33,270 nucleotides of DNA from positions 1-33,270 of the forward strand of contig NW_025214417.1 in the NCBI RefSeq assembly GCF_004010195.1, written 5' to 3'. Origin of the DNA: Chiloscyllium plagiosum (taxonomy: Eukaryota). The notes beneath the pieces were generated by a model. That model worked only from the letters and a program-made list of their open reading frames with translations. It did not search any database and was not told the origin of the DNA. The first letter of the stretch is position 1. Each line of letters starts with the position of its first letter. Below are positions 10,975 through 21,457 of this stretch, piece by piece. The position numbers and the translations under genes were made by a program.

Positions 10975-12815
10975 TAATATGTTGCTGGAAAAGCGCAGCA
11001 GGTCAGGCAGCATCAAAGGAACAGGAGAATCGACGTTTCGAGCATAAGCCCTGCTTCAGAAATGAGGAGGGGGTGTCAAGCAGGCTAAGATAAAAGGTAG
11101 GTAGGAGGGACTAGGGAGCCGGGCGTTTGGAATACGATCGGTGGAAGGAGGTTAAGGTGAGGGTGATCGGACGGAAAGGGGGTGGAGGCGGAGAGGTCGG
11201 GAAGAAGATTGCAGGTCAAGAAGGCGGTGCTGAGTCTGAGGGTTGGGACTGAGAAAAGGTGGGGGAGGAGAAATGAGAAAGCTGGAGAAATCTGCATTCA
11301 TCCCTTGTGGTTGGAGGGTTCCAACACGGAAGATGAGGCGCTCTTCTTCCAGGCGTCGTGTTGCCATGGTCTGGCGATGGAGNNNNNNNNNNNNNNNNNN
11401 NNNNNNNNNNNNNNNNNNNNNNNNNNNNNNNNNNNNNNNNNNNNNNNNNNNNNNNNNNNNNNNNNNNNNNNNNNNNNNNNNNNNNNNNNNNNNNNNNNNN
11501 NNNNNNNNNNNNNNNNNNNNNNNNNNNNNNNNNNNNNNNNNNNNNNNNNNNNNNNNNNNNNNNNNNNNNNNNNNNNNNNNNNNNNNNNNNNNNNNNNNNN
11601 NNNNNNNNNNNNNNNNNNNNNNNNNNNNNNNNNNNNNNNNNNNNNNNNNNNNNNNNNNNNNNNNNNNNNNNNNNNNNNNNNNNNNNNNNNNNNNNNNNNN
11701 NNNNNNNNNNNNNNNNNNNNNNNNNNNNNNNNNNNNNNNNNNNNNNNNNNNNNNNNNNNNNNNNNNNNNNNNNNNNNNNNNNNNNNNNNNNNNNNNNNNN
11801 NNNNNNNNNNNNNNNNNNNNNNNNNNNNNNNNNNNNNNNNNNNNNNNNNNNNNNNNNNNNNNNNNNNNNNNNNNNNNNNNNNNNNNNNNNNNNNNNNNNN
11901 NNNNNNNNNNNNNNNNNNNNNNNNNNNNNNNNNNNNNNNNNNNNNNNNNNNNNNNNNNNNTATCATGTGTGTGGAGGTGTAGGTGAATGTCCGACGGATT
12001 TGGAAGGATCCCTTGGAGCCTTGGAAGGAAGTGAGGGGGGAGGTGTGGGCGCAAGTTTTGCATTTCTTGTGGTTGCAGGGGAAGATGCCAGGAATGGAAG
12101 TTGGGATAATGGGGATTGTGGATCTGACGAGGGAGTCGTGGAGGGAATGTTTTTTCGGAACGCTGATAGGGGTGGGGAGGGAAATATATCCTTGGTGGTG
12201 GGGTCTCTTTGGAGGTGGCGGAAATGACAAAGGATGATACGATGTATCTGGTGGTTGGTGGGGTGGTAGATGAGGACCAGTGGGGTTCTGTCCTGGTGGC
12301 GATTGGAAGGGCGTGTTACAAGGGCGGTGGAGCGGAAAGTGGAGGAGATGCGGTGGAGAGCATCGTCAACCACGTCTGAGGGGAGATTTCGGTCTTTGAA
12401 TAAGGTGGCCATCTGGGTTGTTCGGTATTGGAATTGGTCCTCCTGGGAGCAGATGTGGCTATGGCGAAGGAATTGTGAATATCGGATGGTGTTTTACAGG
12501 GGGCAGGGTGGGAGGAGGTGTTATCCAGGTAACTGTGGAAGTCAGTTTTTTTTTATAGTAAACGTCCGTGTTGAGTCGGCCGTCCGAGATAGAAATGGAG
12601 AGGGAGGAGTCTGAGACGGCCCAGGTAAATTTGAGGTCGGGGTGGAAGGTGTTAGTAAAGTGGATGAACTGTTCAACCTCCTCGTGGGAGCACGAGGTTT
12701 CGCTGATACAGTCATCGATATAGCCGAGGAAAAGGTGGGGGGTCGTGCTAGTTTAGCTGCGGAAGACGGACTGTTCCACATATCCAATGAAGTGTCAGGC
12801 ATAGCTGGGGCCCCG
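10975..12815 (-). mobile_element. Neptune-like PLE, 5'-truncated (RT C-terminal half, GIY-YIG region partly in the gap, 3' terminus with hammerhead)
   Basis: YIDD at 12711-12722, FKDRNLPSDVVDDALHRISS, FPCNHKKCKTCAH, RRLEEERLIFRVGTLQPQGMN; HHR motif at 11032-11059. Confidence 0.9.
11032..11059 (-). ncRNA. Hammerhead ribozyme motif with one core substitution
   Basis: CUGAAGC-A-GGGC-UUAU-GCUC-GAAAC-GUC; the conserved A9 is replaced by C, and stem II is kept with one G-U pair. Confidence 0.65.
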
Positions 12816-14450
12816 TTAGCCTTCTTCTTTCATATGAAAACAGGCAGAAGTCTCTCAGCCGTTCCTCATAAGACTTTTCCTCCAGGCCAGGCAACATCCT
12901 GTTAAATCTCTTCTGCACCTTCTCCAATGCTTTCCATATCCTTCATGAAATGTGGCGACCAGAACTGTACACAATATTCCAAGTGCGGCCGCACTAGCGT
13001 TGTGTATATTTCCGGCATGATATTGCGACTGCAGAATTCAACACCTCTACCAATGAAACCGAACACACTGTATGCCTTCTTAACAGCACTATCAACCTGG
13101 GTGGCAACTTTCAGGGATCTATGTACATGGAGTCCAAGATCCCTCTGCATATTCTATACTATCAAGAATCTTTCCGTAAACTCAGTATCCCACCTTCCTG
13201 TTCTTCTTCCCAACGAGAGTCACCTCACATTTCGCTACATTGAACTCCATTTGCCACATCTCAGCCCAATTCTACAGTTTATCGAAGTCCCCCTGCAACC
13301 TGTACCATTCTTCCAAACTGTCTACTATTCCACCGACTTTAGTGTCATCTGCAAATTTTCTAATCCATCCACCTATGCCTACGTCAAAGTCATTTATAAA
13401 AATGACAAACTGCAGTGGTCCCAAAACAGAAACTTGTGGCACAATACTAGTAACCGGACTCCAGGTTGAATATGTTCCATCAACGAGGTAAAAACAATGA
13501 CTGCAGATGCTGGAAACCAGATTCTGGATTAGTGGTGCTGGAAGAGCACAGCAGTTCAGGCAGCATCCGAGGAGCTTCGAAATCGACGTTTCGGGCATGA
13601 AGGGCTGTTCTCCTCTATTCTATTTGCCCGAAACGTCGATTTCGAAGTTCCTCGGATGCTGCCTGAACTGCTGTGCTCTTCCAGCACCACTNNNNNNNNN
13701 NNNNNNNNNNNNNNNNNNNNNNNNNNNNNNNNNNNNNNNNNNNNNNNNNNNNNNNNNNNNNNNNNNNNNNNNNNNNNNNNNNNNNNNNNNNNNNNNNNNN
13801 NNNNNNNNNNNNNNNNNNNNNNNNNNNNNNNNNNNNNNNNNNNNNNNNNNNNNNNNNNNNNNNNNNNNNNNTGATTACAAATCCTATCTCTTATAATCCT
13901 TTACAAAACCTTTCCTACAAAGGAAGTAGGGCTCGCTGGTCTATAATTACCTCGGTCATTTCTACTGCCCTTCTTGAACAAGGGCACAACATTTGTAATC
14001 CTCCAGTCCTCTGGTACTGAACCAGTAGACAATGACGACTCAAGTATCAAAGCCAACAGCTCTGCAAACTCCTCCCTCGCTTCCCAGAGAATCCTCGTAT
14101 ACATCCCATCCGGCCCAGGCGACTTACCTACTTTCATTTCATCTAGTATTTATAACACCTCTTTGTAACTAACCTCGATCCTTTCTAGTCTAATAACTCC
14201 ATCTCATTCTTCCCCTCTACAATATTCTCCATTTCCTGAGTGAACACTGATGAGAAAAGTACACTTAGCACCTCTCCGATCTCCACACTCAACTTCCCAC
14301 TTCTGTCTTTGACTGGCCCTATTCCTACCTCGTCAACCTTTTATTCCTCACATACCAATAGAAAGCGTTAGAGTTCTCCTCTATTCTATTTGCTACAGAC
14401 TACTTGTGTCCTCTCTTTGCTCTTCTTACCTCTCTCTTCAAATCCTTCCT
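12816..14450 (-). mobile_element. CR1 LINE ORF2 (RT), interrupted by a PLE inverted-repeat insertion and a gap
   Basis: VPQVSVLGPLQFVIFINDFD..KFADDTKVGG, LVRPHLEYCVQFWSPH, KSPGPDGMYTRILWE and NYRPASPTSFVGKVL. Confidence 0.92.
13485..13691. repeat. Head-to-head inverted pair of PLE terminal repeats (67-bp arms, 27-bp spacer)
   Basis: 13531-13597 is the reverse complement of 13625-13691 with one mismatch; the right arm runs into the gap. Confidence 0.92.
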
Positions 14451-14466
14451 CGGTGATATAGGTAGT

Positions 14467-14787
14467 GGGCGGCACGGTGGCACAGTGGTTGGCACTGCTG
14501 CCTCACAGAGTCAGAGACTCAGGTTCAATTCCCGCCTCAGGCGACTGACTGTGTGGAGTTTGCACGTTCTCCCCGTGTCTGCGTGGATTTCCTCCGGGTG
14601 CTCCGGTTTCCACCCACAGTCCAAAGATGTGCAGGTCAGGTGAATTGGCCATGCTAAATTGCCCGTAGTGTTAGGTAAGGGGTAAATGTAGGGGTATGGG
14701 TGGGTTGCGTTTCGGGGGGTCGGTGTGGACTTGTTGGGCCGAAGGGCCTGTTTCCACACTGTAAAGTAATCTAATCTAATCTAATCT
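14467..14787 (+). mobile_element. HE1-type (V-SINE) SINE, full-length young copy
   Basis: Pol III A box tggcacagtggtt (14478) and B box ggttcaattccc (14522), V-domain-like core tgtgtggagtttgcacgttctccccgtgtctgcgtgg..ttcctccgggtgctccggtttcc, LINE-like tail and (taatc)4. Confidence 0.92.
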
Positions 14788-14825
14788 TAAAAAAAGATAG
14801 TGTACTGTGCACATGTTGATAAAAT

Positions 14826-15295
14826 GGTGTGTGAACAAATCCGCACTCTGTTCTTCTAAAAATTGCCTGTGCCAAATTTCCACTCTGTTTCCGTAGCATT
14901 GGTTTGTGAAACAATTCCAACTCTGAACGCCTAGCATTAGACTGTGAACCCATCCCCACATTGTTTAACCAGCAACATCCTGAGACCTCATTCCAACCCT
15001 GTTTTCCTGGCAACGATCTGAGAACCCAATACCAGAAAATGAATCGAGCAAAGGGCTGTGGAACTGTTCCAACTCTGTTCTGCCGGAATTGGTTTGATAG
15101 CGTTTCACGACTTTGCTCTCCGAGCAACGGCGACTGAACACATCCCCACTCTCTTTCCCTACCTTGCCCTGTGAACCCATCGTAACAGCATTTCCCTAGC
15201 AACATACTGAAAATCCAGTCCCACGCTGCTCTCTTTGCAATGGACTGTTCACCTGCCCCCATTCTGTTCACCTAGCAATGGTATATGAACCCAAA
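14826..15295 (+). repeat. Degenerate 38-bp tandem repeat, about 12 units
   Basis: Approximate consensus ttcccactct-gtttccctagcaac-ggactgtgaaccca. The central 14-mer starts at 14850, 14887, 14925, 14963, 15001, 15039, 15077, 15115, 15153, 15190, 15228 and 15266 (spacing 37-38). Confidence 0.85.
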
Positions 15296-15836
15296 TCCAT
15301 GGAACGCAAATCAAGCATGAGGTAAGTGAGGATGAGTTTGTTTGGGAGGTAGAGAGAGAGAGCAAGAAGGAGAGTGAGTGGAGTAGATTTGGGAAGGGTG
15401 TGTAGCACCAGCGGTAAGAGCAAGGACAGAGTGAGGTAAGCCCAACCCCTCAGCTCAGGCCGAGTCCCCTCCCCTTCTTTAAGTATCGAGACGTGGGGCT
15501 GAGTCCGTCTTTCTCTTCTTCGACACAACGACAAATAAGAATATAGTTGACGCTGCTGTTTTTCCCTTTTTAATGAACATTTTATTATTTACAAATTGAA
15601 GTAATAGATACAGTCAGTGGGATCGTGTATTTACGCACTTAGTCCTGAGCTGAGAGAAACATTGAAATGTGTCCCTGTAACCCCCTGTGGGATAAGGTTA
15701 GACAACCGAGCACTCACCTCAGTGTGTGACCATAGCGACCGTCTGCTTCATTGCAGAAGCATTGAATTGAGAAGAGAGAATACATTAAGAATTGATGAAT
15801 GAGGAAAACATATTTTTAGATGAATTTTGGGAAAGT

Positions 15837-16361
15837 GTTGCTGCATGGGGTAAAACTCGTCTAATTTAAACCTGTAATAGAGAAAGATTTACCCCGTGCA
15901 TTAACCTGTGAAAATTCGAGGGGCCAAGAACTATTTCAAAATCACTATTTGAAGTAAAAAAAAAGCTTTTAAAATTCTAACAGAGAATAATTAATTAACA
16001 ATTATTTACAGCTCCTTCCTCTCACCCATATTTTACTTTCCCTTATAAAATACTAAACCGATAAAACCCCGGAGTATAATGGACCACAAATTCCGATTTC
16101 AAAACCAGCCAGCTATCGAACCTTCCCTTTGTATCTTGATTGTAGATTTTCTTCTTCTTTGGGATTTCTGTGTCACAGGCGATTGACTGATAAACGTATC
16201 TTTAAGAGAACAGTGTGCCTGGTCGTCTGTACGTGCTGATGGCTTGGCAATTCTCCCTCAGCTGATCACGTTTTCCCGGTATTTTACCACTAAAGCATCG
16301 GACTATGTCACTGGTTGTTAATATTTTCAAAGTACTAAATTAAAACTGGATTGGTGTTTGG
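15837..16361. mobile_element. Possible solo-LTR-like interspersed repeat, truncated by the gap
   Basis: Starts TGTT and resembles a shark repeat I recall (ggggtaaa...ctaatttaaacc...gaaagatttacccc). The second end and any TSD are not visible. Confidence 0.3.
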
Positions 16362-17352
16362 NNNNNNNNNNNNNNNNNNNNNNNNNNNNNNNNNNNNNNN
16401 NNNNNNNNNNNNNNNNNNNNNNNNNNNNNNNNNNNNNNNNNNNNNNNNNNNNNNNNNNNNNNNNNNNNNNNNNNNNNNNNNNNNNNNNNNNNNNNNNNNN
16501 NNNNNNNNNNNNNNNNNNNNNNNNNNNNNNNNNNNNNNNNNNNNNNNNNNNNNNNNNNNNNNNNNNNNNNNNNNNNNNNNNNNNNNNNNNNNNNNNNNNN
16601 NNNNNNNNNNNNNNNNNNNNNNNNNNNNNNNNNNNNNNNNNNNNNNNNNNNNNNNNNNNNNNNNNNNNNNNNNNNNNNNNNNNNNNNNNNNNNNNNNNNN
16701 NNNNNNNNNNNNNNNNNNNNNNNNNNNNNNNNNNNNNNNNNNNNNNNNNNNNNNNNNNNNNNNNNNNNNNNNNNNNNNNNNNNNNNNNNNNNNNNNNNNN
16801 NNNNNNNNNNNNNNNNNNNNNNNNNNNNNNNNNNNNNNNNNNNNNNNNNNNNNNNNNNNNNNNNNNNNNNNNNNNNNNNNNNNNNNNNNNNNNNNNNNNN
16901 NNNNNNNNNNNNNNNNNNNNNNNNNNNNNNNNNNNNNNNNNNNNNNNNNNNNNNNNNNNNNNNNNNNNNNNNNNNNNNNNNNNNNNNNNNNNNNNNNNNN
17001 NNNNNNNNNNNNNNNNNNNNNNNNNNNNNNNNNNNNNNNNNNNNNNNNNNNNNNNNNNNNNNNNNNNNNNNNNNNNNNNNNNNNNNNNNNNNNNNNNNNN
17101 NNNNNNNNNNNNNNNNNNNNNNNNNNNNNNNNNNNNNNNNNNNNNNNNNNNNNNNNNNNNNNNNNNNNNNNNNNNNNNNNNNNNNNNNNNNNNNNNNNNN
17201 NNNNNNNNNNNNNNNNNNNNNNNNNNNNNNNNNNNNNNNNNNNNNNNNNNNNNNNNNNNNNNNNNNNNNNNNNNNNNNNNNNNNNNNNNNNNNNNNNNNN
17301 NNNNNNNNNNNNNNNNNNNNNNNNNNNNNNNNNNNNNNNNNNNNNNNNNNNN

Positions 17353-18033
17353 ATTGGCCATAACAGTATGAAATTGGCCGAGATGACAAACAGTAAAATG
17401 CTGGATTTTTTCCGATTTTGCATTTCTGTGTCAGACTGAGCATTCCCATCGGTGTGAGCCCGGAGTCTCCTGCGGGCTCTGCTGCTCACCAAAATGTGTT
17501 TGATGGTGAAAACATTGAGCAGCAGAATCAGGAGAAATGGGAGAGCCGGGGTTAGAATGTTATGAATGAACTCCATTGTGGCCCAGACAGGTGAGTACTT
17601 GACAGCGAGTGTTACAGCACAAAACGAGGGAGAGTTCCATAGCCAATATCGAGATGTGAACATAAAATACCAGAAAATGTCCTTTAAACAGTTCAGCACA
17701 GTGACTGTTCCCAGAACGACAGCCGCCGTTTTCTCACTGCAATATTTGTTTTTCAGCTTCTGGTAACAAATGGCCACGAATCGATCAAAGGTCAAAGCAA
17801 CGGTGTACCAGATAGAACAGTCAGTGGCTGTAAAAAGCAGGACTGTTTTATTACACACGGGGATGGACCACACGAAATAAAACTGTTTCAGATAAACAAT
17901 GGGAATATGTCTCAATATCAGAGCGAGGATAATGACCAATAGATCCGCCACTGCCATGCCCCTAGGTAACGTCTGATACACGGAGACAATCCACAATCTT
18001 TATAAATCAGGACGGAGATGATCACTACATTAA
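17353..18033 (-). pseudogene. GPR139/GPR142-like orphan class A GPCR, main coding exon (TM1 end to TM6), frameshifted; 3' end lost in the gap
   Basis: Acceptor gttttcacag| at 18034, then VNVVIISVLIYKDCGLSPCIRRYL. A 1-nt shift at 17958-17962 leads into MAVADLLVII..ATDCSIWYTVALTFDRFVAICYQKLK..TPALPFLLILLLNVFTIKHILVSSRARRRLR..EMQNRKKSSILLFVISANFILLWP. Confidence 0.85.
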
Positions 18034-18594
18034 CTGTGAAAACGGCATACATACAAATTATACATCAACCTGGAGCCAACGTTACCAGTTTGATTGATAA
18101 CACAATGAGGTGTGTCACTGCATTCAGAGATTTATTGAAATAAATGGATCTGAAATATCAAACAGGAAGGCCTGAAGTACTCACAAAAATATAAGATGAA
18201 ACGCAAGAAATCATCCCTCACTAAACAGACACAGACACATCAATAAGAACAGAATGGTTTCTGGAACACTCCTACAGACTCGATCATTCGAGGGCAGACA
18301 CAGGTCACTTCATCCCACTTCTAATACGGAAGGTGAGAACGTTGCTGTTCTGAAGTATTCTATCCCAGTTTATTGAAGGGAAACGGCGTTTGGAAATTTC
18401 TGGCTTTTCGTCTTAATTGTGGTCAATCGTTTGCCGTGAAGAAATGTAGATGCAGGGAAAACATATTCATTCCTTTACTTGACAGAGGGAATATCAAAAC
18501 TGTGTTTCCTTCTCACTTGAAGGGGATCTCTTCCCTCAGGATCTTATCTTTTGTTAAATTAACCCATTTCGGAGGTTCAGAAATCTGAGCTGCC

Positions 18595-19860
18595 GGGAGT
18601 AAAATGTTCCAGAGAATGTCGGGTTTGGAACATTCCAAAGATTGTCATGCATAAAATGGTCCGGGGAATGTTGACTCCAGAATGCACCAGAGAATGCCGG
18701 GTGTAGAACATTGCAGGGAATGTCGGTTATAGAATATTCTGGGCAATGTCAATTCCAGAATGTTTCAGTGAATACCCAGTCCAGAATATTCCGGGGACTG
18801 AATGCCCTGGAGAATGGCAGGTATAAACTGTTCAACGGAATGTCCGGTCAAGAACGTTGCAGGGAATGTCGGATCGAGCAATGTCCGGGGAATGTCTGAG
18901 ATTGAATGTTTTGGAGAATGTTGGGGATAGAACGTTTCAGAAGAAGTCTACAAGGTATAGGATGCTCTGGGAATGTCAGTTAAGGAATCCTCCTGAGAAT
19001 GTTGGGGATGAAATTATCCGGGAAATGCTGCCTATAGAATGTTCTGGGAAATGTTGGGGATGGAATTGTACTGAAAATGTCATTTATAGGATGTTCTAGA
19101 GAATGTCGGGTCTAGAATATTCTGGGGAATGTCTGCTGCAGAATGTTCTGCAGAACGTTGTATATGGCATGTTCTGGAGTATGTCGGTGCTGAATGTTCT
19201 AAAGGATGTCTGTTACAGAATGTTCCGGGGAATGTCAGTATATGCTAGGAATATCAGTTATAGACTGTTATTGGAAGTGTCGGATGTAGAACGTTCTGGA
19301 GAATGACAGTTTCAGAATATTCCAGAGAAGGTTCGGTCTAGAACGTTCCGGGGAGTGTCAGTTATTGATCATTGCAGAGAATGTCGGATATGGAATGTTC
19401 AGAGGAATTCCAGTTACAAATGTTTCAAGGAATGTCAAGTGTAGAAAATTCCAGAGACTGCAGTTTTTAAAATGCGCCGAAGAATATCGGGTATGCAATG
19501 ATCTTGAGAATGTCAGCTGAAGAATGTTTCAGAATGTCATTTGTGGAATGTTCTGGAGAATGTTGGGTATACAACGTTTCAGGCAATGCCAGTTACAGAG
19601 TGTTCTGGAGAAATTCGGGAATAGAACAATCCATGATTTTTGGGTATACAACGTTTTCGGGAAGTCAGGTGGAAAATTTTCCAGAAAATGCTGGGTATAG
19701 AATGTTCCAAGGAATGTTGGTTACAGAACGTTGCAGAGAATGTCGGGTGCACAAAGTTCTGGAGACTGTTGTTTGTCGAATGTTCTGGGTATATTTGTTT
19801 ATACAATGTTCCGAACAATGTCGGGTGCAGAGGGTCCCAGTGAGTGTAGGGTATAGAATA
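18595..19860 (+). repeat. Degenerate 26-bp minisatellite (12+14 subunits), roughly 45-50 units
   Basis: Approximate consensus gaatgttctgga-gaatgtcgggtata recurs throughout and produces the low-complexity ECSGEC-type ORFs. Confidence 0.92.
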
Positions 19861-20139
19861 TGATAGATCTATAAATATCCATATCTCAGAAGTTCTTGTG
19901 CCCATTAATTTGGCGAGATCCGCTCAGCCGCAAGGCGGGAATCTGTCTTCAAGCTTAACTCAGCTGATAGTTTTAAACAAAATACAGTAAGATTCAGCCA
20001 ATACCTTCATTATTTCATGCAACATCCTCTTGTATGGTCAGACACGAGCTATCCCTTATTTGGATAATTACCCAATCTTTGTTCTCAATTTTGTGTAACA
20101 CTCCCAAATGTCTTGGACATTCAGTTCCCAATATTGGTC

Positions 20140-20830
20140 ACACTCTGGATGTAGGTTTGCTTGCTGAGCTGGCAAGTTCATTTTCATATGTTTCATCACC
20201 ACACTAAGTAACGTAATCAGTGAGTCTCCGAATGAAGTACTGTTGGTGTAGCCTGCTTCGTATTTATATGTTTGGGTTTCCTTGGGTTGCTGGTGTCATT
20301 TCCTGTGGTGTCATCATTTCCTATAGAGATGTGATTTACTGTAGTTCTTTTCTCAGGAGCTAGTAAATGCGATTCAAGTCAATGTGTTCGTCCATGGAGT
20401 TCCGGTTGGAATGCCATGCTGATATGAATTCTCGTGCATGTCTCTGTTGGCTTGTCCAAGGATGGATATGTTGTCCCAGTCGAAATAGTGTCCTTCCTCA
20501 TCCGTATGTAAGGATATTAGCGACAGTGGGTCATGACTTTTTGTGGCCAATAAATGTTCACTATGCTGGTGGCTCGTTTTCTTCCCGTTTGTCCAATGCG
20601 GTGTTTGTTACAGTTCTTACTAGGTACTTTGCAAATGGTATTAGTTTAACTTGTTGTCTGTATAGGGTCTTTCAAGTTCATTAGCGTCTGTTTTAGTGTG
20701 TTGTTGGGGTTGTGGACGAACATGATGCCAAGGGGTCTGAGTCATCTGGCAGTCATTTCCGAAATGTTTTTGATGGAGGGGAGAGTGGCTAGGGTTTCTG
20801 GAGGAGTTTTTCTCTTTTCGTTTGATTTCT
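20140..20830 (-). mobile_element. Poseidon-like PLE 3' portion with decayed hammerhead
   Basis: Reverse-complement homologue of 5575-6077 (ETLATLP..ISEMTA; NTICKVPSKNCNKHRIGQTGRK; AWHS). HHR remnant CUGAUUA-CGUUAC..GUGAU-GAAAC-AUA at 20187-20220. Confidence 0.85.
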
Positions 20831-20837
20831 TCTAAAT

Positions 20838-21100
20838 GAGGTAAAAACAATGATATCAGATGCTGGGAACCAGATTCTGGATTAGAGTGGTGCTTGTAAA
20901 GCACAGCAGTTCAGGCAGCATCCGACGAGCAGTAAAATCAACGTTTTGGGCAAAAGCACTTCATTAGAAATAAAACGCAGATTTGCTACAGGTTGGAGAG
21001 GTATATGAGAGGAGGGTGGCAGTGGGGAGAAAGTAGCACAGAGTACAATGGGTGGATGGGGATGGGGATGAAGGTGATATCTTAGAGAGGAGGATGGAGC
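20838..21100 (-). mobile_element. Neptune-like PLE 3' terminus with decayed hammerhead
   Basis: Aligns to 13485-13597; HHR remnant CUAAUGA-A-GUGC-UUUU-GCCC-AAAAC-GUU at 20940-20967. Confidence 0.85.
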
Positions 21101-21457
21101 GAATACATTGTATCGGCGTTCTTCTTCCTCTTTTTGCAGTTCTGATGTACTGCAGTGTGTTGTGGCCCTTTTGAACTGTGTCTTGATGCAACTTCTTTTG
21201 TGTGTGTTGTGGTTGCAGACTACTGCGACTACTAGGACTCATAACAGCACACAAACCAACAGCCACTCTCAGACAACAACTCACCAGGACGAAGGACCCG
21301 ATACCCAGCAAGCACAAAACCAATGTAGTGTACAAAATCCAGAGGCATGGCACTCATCCATAGATTCAATCAATAAACGCATCGACCTGGACCCAATATA
21401 CTGGCCCCTGCAGCGGACAGCTGGAACTGACAACCGGAAGCGGCAGATACAAATCAC
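21101..21457. mobile_element. Rearranged Poseidon-like PLE fragments (minus 21101-21220; plus 21221-21457 with an internal deletion)
   Basis: Minus: THKRSCIKTQFKRATTHCSTSELQKEEEE. Plus: LLGLITAHKPTATLRQQLTRTKDPIP..TNVVYKI joined directly to EAWHSSIDSINKRIDLDPIY. Confidence 0.8.

Noticed and set aside
14467..14540. tRNA gene (also at 28707 and 1370-1438)
   Set aside because: The A and B boxes belong to SINE heads that continue into SINE body and tail, with no full cloverleaf or terminator.
15190..15240. MHC class II S-X-Y promoter (ccctagcaaca resembles the X1 box)
   Set aside because: There is no X2 or correctly spaced Y box (ATTGG) and no MHC exon nearby. The motif is one unit of the 38-bp repeat.
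14826..15295. CRISPR-like regular spacing
   Set aside because: The units are contiguous degenerate tandem copies without unique spacers. The context is vertebrate and there are no cas genes.
15700..15800. Minus-strand splice donor gag|gtgagt near 15717
   Set aside because: A single consensus donor with no recognisable coding content or partner exon; expected by chance.
11152..17449. Long ORFs of 250-550 aa in the ORF track
   Set aside because: They are artefacts of reading through N gaps. Only the flanking PLE and GPCR parts are real sequence.
18711..19905. Cys-rich ORFs (ECSGEC...) and the ORF MGTRTSEIW... as GPCR exon 1
   Set aside because: These are translations of the 26-bp minisatellite, with no TM1-like YYP..G.P segment and no suitable donor site.
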